DNA of 7,400 nt from Octopus sinensis (lineage: Eukaryota), in NCBI RefSeq assembly GCF_006345805.1, contig NW_021828843.1, forward strand, positions 1 through 7,400, written 5' to 3'. The notes under the pieces were generated by a model. It was not told where the DNA came from. It did no database searches and saw nothing but the letters and a program-made list of their open reading frames with translations. Positions within the stretch are counted from its first letter, which is position 1. Every line of letters begins with the position of its first letter. Of the stretch, positions 7,193-7,400 are shown one piece after another. The position numbers and the translations under genes are program-made.

Positions 7193-7400
7193 TAATTTCA
7201 AATCTTGGTACAAGACCCGCAGTCACAGGCGGGGGTATAAGGCGATAACATTAATCCCCACTGTTCAACTGGTACTTATTTTATTAACGTCGTAAGGATG
7301 AAGGGAAAAGTCGACTTCGGTGGAATTTGAACTCAGAACGTGAAGACGCACGAATTGTCGCTAAACATTTTGCCTGGCGTGCTAACGATTCTGCCAGCAC
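7193..7400 (-). mobile_element. Near-full-length SINE type 2 (tail variant B); 5' end reaches the window edge
   Basis: Minus-strand A box TGGCAGAATCG (7396-7386), B-box-like GAGTTCAAATTC (7334-7323) and ACTGGTACTTAT at 7268-7279. The tail ends ...GGTCTTGTACCAAGATTTGAAA on the minus strand. Confidence 0.85.

Overview
This is repeat-dominated, AT-rich eukaryotic (animal) genomic DNA. I cannot support any protein-coding gene, RNA gene or CRISPR array. Roughly 55-60% of the window is compound microsatellite in successive blocks: ACT/ACC, ATT, TA, GGA/GGT, AGT, ATC, ACT, GGT and GT. Nearly all long ORFs in the supplied track are artefacts of these stop-poor repeats. The non-simple sequence at both ends is mostly tRNA-derived SINE with Pol III A and B boxes. 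One composite element lies at 98-545 (+). A four-piece mosaic of a second family lies at 731-1126. An inverted pair of that second family lies at 6897-7400. From memory, these SINEs and the repeat load match Octopus (coleoid cephalopod) genomes; that assignment is recall and has not been tested by a search. The best leads are a SINE mosaic joined at a 31-bp near-perfect palindrome, a small hairpin kept with a compensatory change between two SINE types, a fold-back SINE pair, a decayed hammerhead-like (Penelope-type) motif, a G-quadruplex/GC-box/TGACGT patch, and minisatellites built from microsatellites. I found no convincing new biological system. The window most likely lies in an intron or intergenic region.
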